In this document: in pieces, positions 1 through 7,177 of the stretch
Layout: each line of letters starts with the position of its first letter
Numbering within the stretch: the stretch's first letter is position 1
Origin: Mucisphaera calidilacus
GTDB lineage: Bacteria; Planctomycetota; Phycisphaerae; Phycisphaerales; Phycisphaeraceae
Assembly: GCF_007748075.1 (NCBI RefSeq)
Contig: NZ_CP036280.1
Location: 2,850,001-2,882,000, forward strand
DNA length: 32,000 bases
Reading direction: 5' to 3'
Made by a program: the position numbers and the translations under genes
Notes under the pieces: model-generated
Database searches by the model: none
Seen by the model: only the letters and a program-made list of their open reading frames with translations
What the model was told of the DNA's origin: nothing

Positions 1-399
1 GCCCTCGGTCTCTGCGAGCGACGCGAGGGTTTCCGCCGCCGGCGCGACACGCAAGTCGATGCGGCCCGCCAAGCCAGCCTTCTCCCAGTAGGGCCTGCCG
101 ATCGCCGGAAACTCCTCGCTGACGTCACAGGCAACGACCTTGCCATCAGGCCCGACCGCGTCGGCCATCCAGCAGGTGCCGACACCCGTGAAGACACCAA
201 CTTCCAGAACGCGCTTCGCCGCGATCGAGCGGATCAGAAACGCGAGGAACTGGCACTGCGTCGGATCGGTCGCCATCTCCGCGTGTTCGTGCTCGCCGGT
301 CCGCTCCATGAGCTCACGGATCGCCGGCGCGACACGCAGCGACGTCGCCACCACGTAGTCATACAACGCGCCAATATTCTCGATCGTCTTGTTCTTCAT
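1..399 (-). CDS. Class I SAM-dependent O-methyltransferase (caffeoyl-CoA OMT-like family), first 133 codons; the 3' end lies beyond the window start
   Basis: Absent from the ORF track because it runs off the edge. My reverse-complement translation from the ATG at 399-397 reads MKNKTIENIGALYDYVVATSLRVAPAIRELMERTGEHEHAEMATDPTQCQFLAFLIRSIAAKRVLEVGVFTGVGTCWMADAVGPDGKVVACDVSEEFPAIGRPYWEKAGLAGRIDLRVAPAAETL... It has the SAM-binding VLEVGVFTG motif and a typical OMT layout. GGAG lies about 7 nt upstream of the ATG. Confidence 0.8.
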   Translation of the reverse strand, partial: MKNKTIENIGALYDYVVATSLRVAPAIRELMERTGEHEHAEMATDPTQCQFLAFLIRSIAAKRVLEVGVFTGVGTCWMADAVGPDGKVVACDVSEEFPAIGRPYWEKAGLAGRIDLRVAPAAETLASLAETEG

Positions 400-476
400 C
401 TCGGTACTCCACAGGTATGTCGTTCATGCCGCCCTCATGGTTGATGATCCCGGACAGGCTGTCCAATCCGGCTGGC

Positions 477-2465
477 TCAGGAACCGGACGAGCGTGCAAC
501 ACGTGCCTTGTCGGCAAGCCGACGATGCTCGTTGGCTCGATCCGTGTCGCCGAGAGTTTCATAAACCGCAACCGCGTGCTCGTGGGCCTCGACGAAGCCG
601 TGCGACCTGATGAGACACGCCTCGACCGCCTCGGCAGCACGCTCGGTATCGCCCACCGCGAGCAAAGCCTTGCTCAGACGCAGGTGGGCACGTGCCAGCC
701 CGAAGGCCAGGCCGACGGCTTCCAGCGCCGCATCAAGAGCCTGCTTGTTCTCGCCCAGCCGCAGGTGGGCCTCGGCCAGGCCGTCCCACGAAGTGGCGTC
801 CTCGGGGGCTCGCTCGATCGCCTGTCTGTACAACGCCGCCGCCTTCTCGGGCCGTCCCAACCGGAGCTGAAGACCGGCCAACCGGGAGAGCAGTGCCGGG
901 TTGTCGGGCGCGTGCGTACGCGCCGTCTCGTAGTGCTCCAGCGCCCGCCTGTCCTCGCCTTGACGCAACGACATCGCGCCCAGCAGCAGGTAACGCTGCC
1001 CCTGGCTGTTGGGCTCGTCAGCGAGCGCATCGAGTTCGGCCTTGCACCCTTCGAGATCACCACACAGCAACCGCGCCTGCGCGATCGCCGCCCGGATCCC
1101 TGCGTCGTTGCGGAACCCCGTCGGCAGAGACTCCAGCACCTCGAGAGCTTCGGCGGTGTCGCCCATGCTGAGCATCGAACGGGCCAGTGTCAGATCGTTG
1201 TGCGCACGCGTGTCGGCAACAGTCTGCGCCACGTCCTCGCCCGGCGGATCGACGTAGCCCAGATCGATCAATTGCTGCAGCGCGGCCCGTGCCGACTCCG
1301 GGTCCTCCTGCACGTCAGCGGGGTGCCGACCGTCATCCTCCGAAGGACTCTCCCAGCTCAGGATCCGCCCCGGCTCGGTCGGATCCTCCATCGCCTCCAC
1401 CCACGCCCGCCCGGGCATGTCCGCACCCACGGGCAGATCGAACAGACGCAGGATCGTTGGCGTCACGTCCAGCAGCGTCGGCCCGAACAGCCGCGTGCCC
1501 CGCTTGATCGACGGACCCGCTACACAAACCATCCCGAGCGGCCGGTGCCAGTCAACAGGCCCGGCATGGTCAGGGTTGGGCCGTGATGCATCGTCCAGAT
1601 AGCCATGGTCCGACATCAGAATGACCGTGGTGCCCTCGCCCGCGAGCTTGAGCAGCGTCTCAAGCATCATGTCGTGGAAGCGATAGACACCCGTCATGAC
1701 GTGCTGGTAGTTCTCGAAATCCTCGTCCGAAACATGATCCATCCGTGGCGGATGAAACTCCATGAACTCGTGGGCGAACCGGTCGATGCCCTCGTAATAG
1801 ACGGCCATGAAGTCCCAGTCGTCCTGCATCATGAGGTGGGTCGCGACCGTGTGGATCGAAACCGTCTGCGCCAGCAGCGACTGCGCCTTGCCCAGCCGGT
1901 GCCCCTCGCGTTGCTGGTCCCGTGCCGCGTTCGGGATCAACGGCAGGACCGCGTTGGCGTCCATCTCGCCGGGGTGCACACGGAGCGGGGCCAACACGTC
2001 ACTCAGGTCGGCGGGGTGCACGGCACCGGGCGGAACGGGCCAGGGCTGCTCGGCGGGCCCCACGGGCAGCTCGAACTGGTTGGAGACCATCGTGCCGTTG
2101 ATCGGCTCGGCAGGATGGGATGCGTACCAGCCGACGACGTGAGATCGCAGTTGCTTCTGCGTCAGGATGTTCCAGACGGCCTGACACCTCCGGCTGACAC
2201 TCGAGACCGGGCGGATCCCCGACCCGTCCGGGAGCGGCTCCGTGAACCCGCAGATGCCGTGATGACGAGCCGCCTTGCCCGTCGCGATGGACGTCCAGAG
2301 CATCGGCGAGAGCATCGGCTGGAGGGTCGCGATCTTCCCCCACGCCCCACGCTCGCGCAGCGAGGCCAGCGTGGGCATCAGTCCCCGATCGATCAGCGGG
2401 TCGACAAAACGCCAGTCGGCTGCGTCCCAGCCGATCAGGAGCACACGGGGCTTGGATTCGGTCAT
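477..2465 (-). CDS. Alkaline-phosphatase-superfamily enzyme (type I phosphodiesterase/nucleotide pyrophosphatase-like) fused to a C-terminal TPR region
   Basis: 662-aa ORF. The N-terminal ~400 aa carry RVLLIGWDAADW, MLSPMLWTSIATG and TTVILMSDHGY (AP-superfamily-type motifs). The C-terminal ~250 aa are tandem TPR-like helices (ALEHYETARTHAPDNPALLSRLAGLQLRLGRPEKAAALYRQAIERAPED...). No signal peptide. Confidence 0.8.
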   Translation of the reverse strand: MTESKPRVLLIGWDAADWRFVDPLIDRGLMPTLASLRERGAWGKIATLQPMLSPMLWTSIATGKAARHHGICGFTEPLPDGSGIRPVSSVSRRCQAVWNILTQKQLRSHVVGWYASHPAEPINGTMVSNQFELPVGPAEQPWPVPPGAVHPADLSDVLAPLRVHPGEMDANAVLPLIPNAARDQQREGHRLGKAQSLLAQTVSIHTVATHLMMQDDWDFMAVYYEGIDRFAHEFMEFHPPRMDHVSDEDFENYQHVMTGVYRFHDMMLETLLKLAGEGTTVILMSDHGYLDDASRPNPDHAGPVDWHRPLGMVCVAGPSIKRGTRLFGPTLLDVTPTILRLFDLPVGADMPGRAWVEAMEDPTEPGRILSWESPSEDDGRHPADVQEDPESARAALQQLIDLGYVDPPGEDVAQTVADTRAHNDLTLARSMLSMGDTAEALEVLESLPTGFRNDAGIRAAIAQARLLCGDLEGCKAELDALADEPNSQGQRYLLLGAMSLRQGEDRRALEHYETARTHAPDNPALLSRLAGLQLRLGRPEKAAALYRQAIERAPEDATSWDGLAEAHLRLGENKQALDAALEAVGLAFGLARAHLRLSKALLAVGDTERAAEAVEACLIRSHGFVEAHEHAVAVYETLGDTDRANEHRRLADKARVARSSGS

Positions 2466-2501
2466 GCCTGAATCATCGGCAGGGTGCTTGGCTCAACGAC
2501 A

Positions 2502-2529
2502 GCGACCCCGATCCTGAGACCGGGGTCGC
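2502..2529 (-). terminator. GC-rich hairpin downstream of the PEP-CTERM gene (candidate intrinsic terminator)
   Basis: GCGACCCCG (2502-2510) and CGGGGTCGC (2521-2529) form a perfect 9-bp stem with a 10-nt loop. It sits 32 nt after the minus-strand stop at 2561. On the minus strand it is followed only by a weak T-containing tail (TGTCGTT). Confidence 0.35.
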
Positions 2530-2560
2530 GGTGCTGATCGACCTTGTGTGTTCAGCGGAC

Positions 2561-3178
2561 TCAGGCGCGACGGCCGCGGTAGCCGGCCAGACCCAGAGCA
2601 CCGGCAGCCAGCAGGCCCAGCGCCGAAGGCTCGGGGATGCCCGCACCGGCGGCGATGCCGACGCCGGGCTGATCCTCATAGGCCCAGTCGTTGATGATGA
2701 AGCGGCCCGCCGCATTATCGATCGTCACGCGAATCCAGCCAAAGTGGTTGACGCCTGCGATCGGGAAGCCGATGCCGATAAAGGCACCGTCGGCGTTGTT
2801 GAACTCGGCATTCGGGTTGTTCGTGCCATAAGCCATCGAGGCCTGGAAGACACTCACGGTCCCGGCGTTGATCGGGTCGCCCGCCGACAACGCGCTGGCG
2901 TAGGCAAAGCCGCTGATGAAGCCGTTGACCTTGCCCGGGTAGAAGTTCACGTAGAGACCCTGATAGTTGCCGCCGCCGAACACGTAGTTCTTCAGCAGAA
3001 TGTCGTCGTAAGCATCACCATCAAGATTCAGCTGCTGACCCCCAAACTGGAAGACCTCAATGTCCTGTGGGCCCGAGTAAACAATGCCAGCGCTCGCGTC
3101 GGAGACGCCGAGGGCTGCGGCACCGGCGGCCAGCGAGTAAGCAAGCAGACGGTGATCGGTCGATTCATGGCGAGTCAT
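2561..3178 (-). CDS. Secreted PEP-CTERM sorting-domain protein (protein A, 205 aa)
   Basis: I chose the internal ATG at 3178 (MTRHESTDHRLLAYSLAAGAAALGVSDASA, a signal peptide), which is preceded by GAGGAGAA. The C-terminus IPEPSALGLLAAGALGLAGYRGRRA has the PEP motif, a hydrophobic helix and an Arg cluster. The longer track ORF (to 3322) adds an Arg/Pro-rich extension with no support. Confidence 0.8.
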   Translation of the reverse strand: MTRHESTDHRLLAYSLAAGAAALGVSDASAGIVYSGPQDIEVFQFGGQQLNLDGDAYDDILLKNYVFGGGNYQGLYVNFYPGKVNGFISGFAYASALSAGDPINAGTVSVFQASMAYGTNNPNAEFNNADGAFIGIGFPIAGVNHFGWIRVTIDNAAGRFIINDWAYEDQPGVGIAAGAGIPEPSALGLLAAGALGLAGYRGRRA

Positions 3179-3484
3179 AGACTTCTCCTCTCGGTCGGTT
3201 GCGGGTGGTCGTGCCGCTAAGGGCACGGGATGCCTGAGGCATGTCGCGCAGGCAAATCGAGGCCACGGCACAGGCCCGCCTCGATAGTGTCTCCACAATC
3301 TTGCACGTTCGTGCATCCCCACGCAACCCGTTTAACAAATTAAACTGCGGGTTTTTCATCTTTTTTGGGCCAACTCAAGAGACTGATTGTTCTGGTGTAC
3401 CCACCTCTAATCGCCCATCTTGGGGATCTTGCCGTGATTGACAGAAAATGGACAGCCGCCGGCCAGATTCCGACCCGCGACCGA

Positions 3485-3512
3485 TAGACCGCGGAGCACC
3501 CGGGGTTATACT
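3485..3512 (+). promoter_or_regulatory. Candidate sigma70-like promoter for the protein B operon
   Basis: TAGACC (3485-3490), a 16-nt spacer, then TATACT (3507-3512), about 80 nt upstream of the ATG at 3592. This is a motif match only, and promoter consensus in this lineage is poorly known. Confidence 0.2.
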
Positions 3513-3591
3513 TTGGCGTCAGGAAAGACAGCGGGGCCTGCGGATGCCCGTCCGCACCGACCTAACCAGACGATCTACGGAGAGTGATGCC

Positions 3592-4686
3592 ATGCAGTAT
3601 TCGGGGCTTTTTGCCTGCACGACGTTAACCGCTTTGACAATCACAGCCGGCACGGCATCCGCCGAGATCGACCACGTGGTACTCGACACCCCCATCGTGG
3701 TTCAGCCCGGTTTCACCCAGCAGCTCGAACTCGACGGTCTGCCGATCTTCGATCCCGAAGACCCCGCCAACGAAGGCGTCGCACCACCTTTCGATATCTT
3801 CGTCAACCACTGGTTCGCACCGGACTTCACGACCTACTACGAGGTCAACATCCGCGCCTTCCCAGGTACGGTCCTGGTCAATGGTCAGTCCGAGACCGTG
3901 ACCTACTTCCCGGGCACCGGGAGCGAGCAGACCCAGACCTACAACCTTCTCGACAAACTCGATATCGGTCAGGCGATCGGCCCCCAGACCGTCGGCCAGA
4001 TCGGCAGTGAGTTCCGTGGCGTGCTCGCGCTCAACGGCGCCGGAGCCGGCGAGTTCTATGTCCCCAATGGGCAGTCGGTCACCGGCATGGTCGGTCTGTC
4101 GTTTGTTGGCATCGATTCACCCCCCGACGAGCGTGAGAACCGACGCGTGAACTACGCCTGGGTCGAGTTCACCATCAACGCGGCCCCCGCAGGGACAGGG
4201 CTCGGCGAGCTGGTCATCAACCAATGGGCCTACGAAACCGAGTACGGCCGACCGATCCTCGCCGGCGAGACCTCCATCTCGCTGCAGAAGGGCGACTTCG
4301 ACGCCAGCGGCGACCTCGGGCAGGGCGACCTCGACTACATGCTCTCGATCCTAGGCAACAACCCGCTCGGCGAAGACGACTTCAACGACGACGGCGCCAT
4401 CACCATGGACGACGTCGACCTCTGGATCGTCGAAGCCCTCGGCAGCACGGCAGGCGACGCCAACTTCGACGGCAGCGTCGACCTCCTCGACCTCTCCCTG
4501 CTCGCCTCCAACTTCGACACCCCCTCCGGCGCGAGCTGGGGCGACGGTGACTTCAACTTCGACGGCGCGGTCAACCTCCTCGACCTCTCGGCACTCGCGT
4601 CGAATTTCGAGACCTCCCCCGCGCCCGAACCGACAACCGCCCTGCTCAGCCTCCTCGGTCTCGCTGCCATCGCACGCCGCCGATAA
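3592..4686 (+). CDS. Secreted beta-rich protein with four dockerin/EF-hand-like repeats and a PEP-CTERM anchor (protein B, 364 aa)
   Basis: Start at ATG 3592 (MQYSGLFACTTLTALTITAGTASA, a signal peptide), preceded by GGAGAG. Repeats: GDFDASGDLGQGDLDYML, DFNDDGAITMDDVDLWIV, GDANFDGSVDLLDLSLLASNF, GDFNFDGAVNLLDLSALASNF. The protein ends APEPTTALLSLLGLAAIARRR. Confidence 0.8.
   Translation: MQYSGLFACTTLTALTITAGTASAEIDHVVLDTPIVVQPGFTQQLELDGLPIFDPEDPANEGVAPPFDIFVNHWFAPDFTTYYEVNIRAFPGTVLVNGQSETVTYFPGTGSEQTQTYNLLDKLDIGQAIGPQTVGQIGSEFRGVLALNGAGAGEFYVPNGQSVTGMVGLSFVGIDSPPDERENRRVNYAWVEFTINAAPAGTGLGELVINQWAYETEYGRPILAGETSISLQKGDFDASGDLGQGDLDYMLSILGNNPLGEDDFNDDGAITMDDVDLWIVEALGSTAGDANFDGSVDLLDLSLLASNFDTPSGASWGDGDFNFDGAVNLLDLSALASNFETSPAPEPTTALLSLLGLAAIARRR
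4291..4683 (+). repeat. Copy 1 of a conserved C-terminal cassette (4 dockerin-like Ca-binding repeats + PEP-CTERM), a protein-level repeat
   Basis: Collinear by eye with the C-termini encoded at 6531..6914 (+) and 25312..25716 (-). Shared core: GDANLDxAVDLLDLSxLAxNFD...W.DGDFNGDxxVDLLDLSxLASNF...PEP-hydrophobic-RR. Confidence 0.6.
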
Positions 4687-4725
4687 GTCACGCACCACAC
4701 GCACACAGCGCAACAGGAAACCAGC

Positions 4726-5634
4726 ATGCTCCCAACCGATCGTCGCAAAGCCGGCTTTACGCTGATCGAGCTTCTCGTCGTGATCTCGATCATCGCGCTG
4801 CTCATCGGCATCCTCCTCCCGGCACTCGGCGCGGCACGCAACACCGCACGCCAGGTGCAGTGCCTGTCCAATCAGCGCCAGGTCGCGGTCGCCTACAACC
4901 TCTACGCGATGGACTACCGCGACTCGATGATCATGCCCACCAGCCCCTTCACGAACGGTCCCTTCGTGTCTCCCAACTACGCCTACGGCTCAGCACAGGT
5001 CGACATCTATTCGTCGGACCGAGGCAATTTCAACACGGGAACCCCGGGCGGAACGTACATCTGGAACCTCGGCGGCGCATCGGGCAACGGCATGCTCTAC
5101 GAACTGAACTACATCACCGACCTCGAGTTCTTCTTCTGCCCCGACCCGCCGGTCACGGACCTGACCAACACATTCTTCGCCCCCGTGTCGGACAATACGC
5201 CCCGCCAGGTGGATTCCGTCGATGAAGACTTCGGCACGCAGAACTGGGGCAGCCTCGGCTTCGGCTCGGCGCGGGTGGGTGTCGGAACTTTCGGCAACCG
5301 CTCCGAGATGATCACCAACGACGATCGATCCCGAGCCGCGTCCGCCAATAACATCAGCGAACGCCAGGTCTACTTCGGGTCGCTGCGGTTCAGCGACAAC
5401 GCCAATCTCGCCGTCTCCTATTGCCCGATCCAGATCAGCGAGAACGAGTCGCTGCCGGGAGCTCACAACGACCGAGGCATGAACGCAACCTATGGCGACG
5501 GCAGCGGGACCTTCCTCGCCTTCGCCGACCCCTACACACGCGAAGACATCATCGACCTGGAAAAGTTCTACAGCTGGCTCGACTCACGCGGGGCCACGCT
5601 CAACAACTACTTCCCGAGCCTTGAGAACGACTGA
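4726..5634 (+). CDS. Prepilin-type N-terminal cleavage/methylation domain protein, DUF1559-like (planctomycete pseudopilin-like family)
   Basis: The N-terminus [45 protein letters not shown] has the G|FTLIE leader and a hydrophobic helix. The C-terminal [16 protein letters not shown] resembles the H-X9-DG motif but has a 10-residue spacer. The gene starts 39 nt after protein B. Confidence 0.85.
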   Translation: MLPTDRRKAGFTLIELLVVISIIALLIGILLPALGAARNTARQVQCLSNQRQVAVAYNLYAMDYRDSMIMPTSPFTNGPFVSPNYAYGSAQVDIYSSDRGNFNTGTPGGTYIWNLGGASGNGMLYELNYITDLEFFFCPDPPVTDLTNTFFAPVSDNTPRQVDSVDEDFGTQNWGSLGFGSARVGVGTFGNRSEMITNDDRSRAASANNISERQVYFGSLRFSDNANLAVSYCPIQISENESLPGAHNDRGMNATYGDGSGTFLAFADPYTREDIIDLEKFYSWLDSRGATLNNYFPSLEND

Positions 5635-5657
5635 TCGCGATCGCCAGAGGTGCAACG

Positions 5658-6917
5658 ATGTTCCGACACGCTGGCATGGGTATCACCGCCTGCCTCCTGA
5701 TCACCACCGCGTCCGACGGGGTCACCTTCCGCCATGACCGCAGCGTCCCCGACGCGGCGGGGCTCGCCGCCAGCCCGGCCTATGAGTCCGCCGGCGAGAT
5801 CATCATCAACTACTTCTTCGGGATCCCCGGCCAGGCCTCGGGCGTCCTCATCCACCCCGAGTGGCTGCTGACCGCGGCGCACCCCCTGACCGCCGTCTCC
5901 ATCCAGTCCATCGACCTCACCTTCACCGATCAGGACACCGGGCAGACCGTCACCGCCCAGGCCGAGGAGTGGATCCCCTACCCGCAGTTCAATCCGCTCG
6001 CGTCGATCTTCAATCTCGACATCGGCCTCGTGAAACTCACCGAACCGCTCGACAACATCACCCCCTCGCCGATCTACCGTGACGACGGCGGCGAACGCGA
6101 CCAGACCATCACCATCGTCGGCTACGGCAATCTGGGCAACGGGACCAGCGGCGGCGTCCTCGCGGCCGGCGGCACCGCCCACGCCGTCACCAACACGGTC
6201 GACGCCTTCGGCGGGGAACCCGCCGGGCTGTACAACCTCAACGCCTACGAGCCGAGCGTCATGTTCATGGACTTCGACCCGGCCCCGGGTGTCAGCGAAC
6301 TCAACCACACCGGCTCGGCGACGCCTCTCGATATGGAAGGCCTCAGCGCCTCGGGCGACTCAGGCGGCCCCGGCTTTATCGACGTCGACGGCGTGCCCCA
6401 CGTGGCAGGTGTCGTCTCCGTCGGTCTCTCCCGAGACAGCAGGTTCAGCGCCTACGGCGACCTCAGCGGATTGACGCGTGTCTCGGCCTTCACCGACTGG
6501 ATCGATGCCCACGTCCCACTCGGCCTGCCGGGTGACGTCGATGGCGACGGCGCACTGACCGCCGCGGACATCGACCTCATCACAGCGGGCTTTGGCAGCT
6601 CCGACCCCATCCTCGACCTGGATCAGAACGGCAGCGTCGGTGCCAGCGACATCGATGCCTGGCTGGCACTCGCAGGCAGCAAGCGTGGTGACGCCAACCT
6701 CGACACCGCCGTCGACCTACTCGACCTCTCGATCCTCGCGGCCCATTTCGACAGCACCGGCACGTGGGCCGATGGCGATTTCAACGGGGACACCAGCATC
6801 GATCTGCTCGATCTCTCATCCATGGCCAGCAACTTCAACACACCCGCCACCATCCCCGAGCCAGCCGCCGGACTGCTGCTTCTTGGCTCAATCGCGGTAA
6901 CGCCCCGTCGATCTTGA
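5658..6917 (+). CDS. Trypsin-like (S1) serine protease with four dockerin-like repeats and a PEP-CTERM anchor
   Basis: Catalytic triad contexts are WLLTAAHPL (His), DIGLVKL (Asp) and GDSGGPGF (Ser). Repeats: GDVDGDGALTAADIDLI, DLDQNGSVGASDIDAWL, GDANLDTAVDLLDLSILAAHF, GDFNGDTSIDLLDLSSMASNF. The protein ends IPEPAAGLLLLGSIAVTPRRS. AGAGG lies upstream of the ATG, 23 nt after the preceding gene. Confidence 0.85.
   Translation: MFRHAGMGITACLLITTASDGVTFRHDRSVPDAAGLAASPAYESAGEIIINYFFGIPGQASGVLIHPEWLLTAAHPLTAVSIQSIDLTFTDQDTGQTVTAQAEEWIPYPQFNPLASIFNLDIGLVKLTEPLDNITPSPIYRDDGGERDQTITIVGYGNLGNGTSGGVLAAGGTAHAVTNTVDAFGGEPAGLYNLNAYEPSVMFMDFDPAPGVSELNHTGSATPLDMEGLSASGDSGGPGFIDVDGVPHVAGVVSVGLSRDSRFSAYGDLSGLTRVSAFTDWIDAHVPLGLPGDVDGDGALTAADIDLITAGFGSSDPILDLDQNGSVGASDIDAWLALAGSKRGDANLDTAVDLLDLSILAAHFDSTGTWADGDFNGDTSIDLLDLSSMASNFNTPATIPEPAAGLLLLGSIAVTPRRS
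6531..6914 (+). repeat. Copy 2 of the dockerin-like + PEP-CTERM cassette
   Basis: See 4291..4683. Same order of four Asp-rich loops followed by PEP-CTERM. Confidence 0.6.
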
Positions 6918-6997
6918 AACACGCTGCCAGCGCACACTGACGTCCCCGCAGACGCTTCTCCATCGCCGACGAGGTCGTCAGACCCTCCACCCCCATG

Positions 6998-7020
6998 AAA
7001 AAGCCGGAGCAGGCTCCGGC
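6998..7020 (-). terminator. Orphan hairpin with a T5 tract (reads as an intrinsic terminator on the minus strand)
   Basis: GCCGGAG (7003-7009) and CTCCGGC (7014-7020) form a 7-bp stem with a 4-nt loop. AAAAA precedes it on the plus strand (6998-7002), which becomes TTTTT after the stem on the minus strand. I could not recognise any minus-strand gene upstream of it. Confidence 0.3.
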
Positions 7021-7177
7021 CATTGTGACTCGGGCGACCCTCCTCCGGTGCCGCCCAAGCTTTCCCTTCAACTCCGAAAAGACTACGCGCACCGTGTTAG
7101 CGTTCAGTGTGTTCCGGGTGTGATCGGTGTGAAACCCTGCTCCGGGTACCCGCCGGCGGGCCGAAAGCCGCCGCCCG

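Noticed and set aside
417-1586. 389-aa plus-strand ORF, with neighbouring plus-strand ORFs (1605..2471 and others), overlapping the phosphodiesterase-TPR gene
   Set aside because: Its Arg/Pro/Gly/Leu-rich translation has no recognisable motifs and is antisense to a gene with clear family motifs. This is the typical shadow ORF of GC-rich DNA, where stop codons are rare in all frames.
3165-3441. Two small ORFs (64 aa minus strand, 66 aa plus strand) in the divergent intergenic region
   Set aside because: They run through the AT-rich island with codon usage unlike the surrounding genes (AAA, TTT, AAT, TTA). They have no SD-like motif and no recognisable motifs, and one overlaps the start of protein A.
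4291-4683. The three cassette copies considered as a DNA-level repeat or mobile/recombinogenic element
   Set aside because: By eye the nucleotide sequences differ at many third-codon positions while the peptide is conserved, and there are no flanking inverted or direct repeats. The conservation is at protein level.
6995-7123. 42-codon uORF upstream of pheS, considered as a Phe-attenuator leader peptide
   Set aside because: It has only four scattered Phe codons with no tandem run. It has no SD-like motif (the upstream sequence is CCTCCACC). The expected terminator/antiterminator geometry is not evident. I kept it only as a note within the intergenic finding.
7021-7177. Possible SRP (4.5S) or 6S RNA on the minus strand upstream of the orphan terminator
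   Set aside because: The nearest match (GGAGTTGAAGGGAAAGC) does not reproduce the conserved SRP domain IV sequence (GGAAGGAAGCAGC context). I cannot fold a 6S-like structure by eye. It needs a covariance-model scan.
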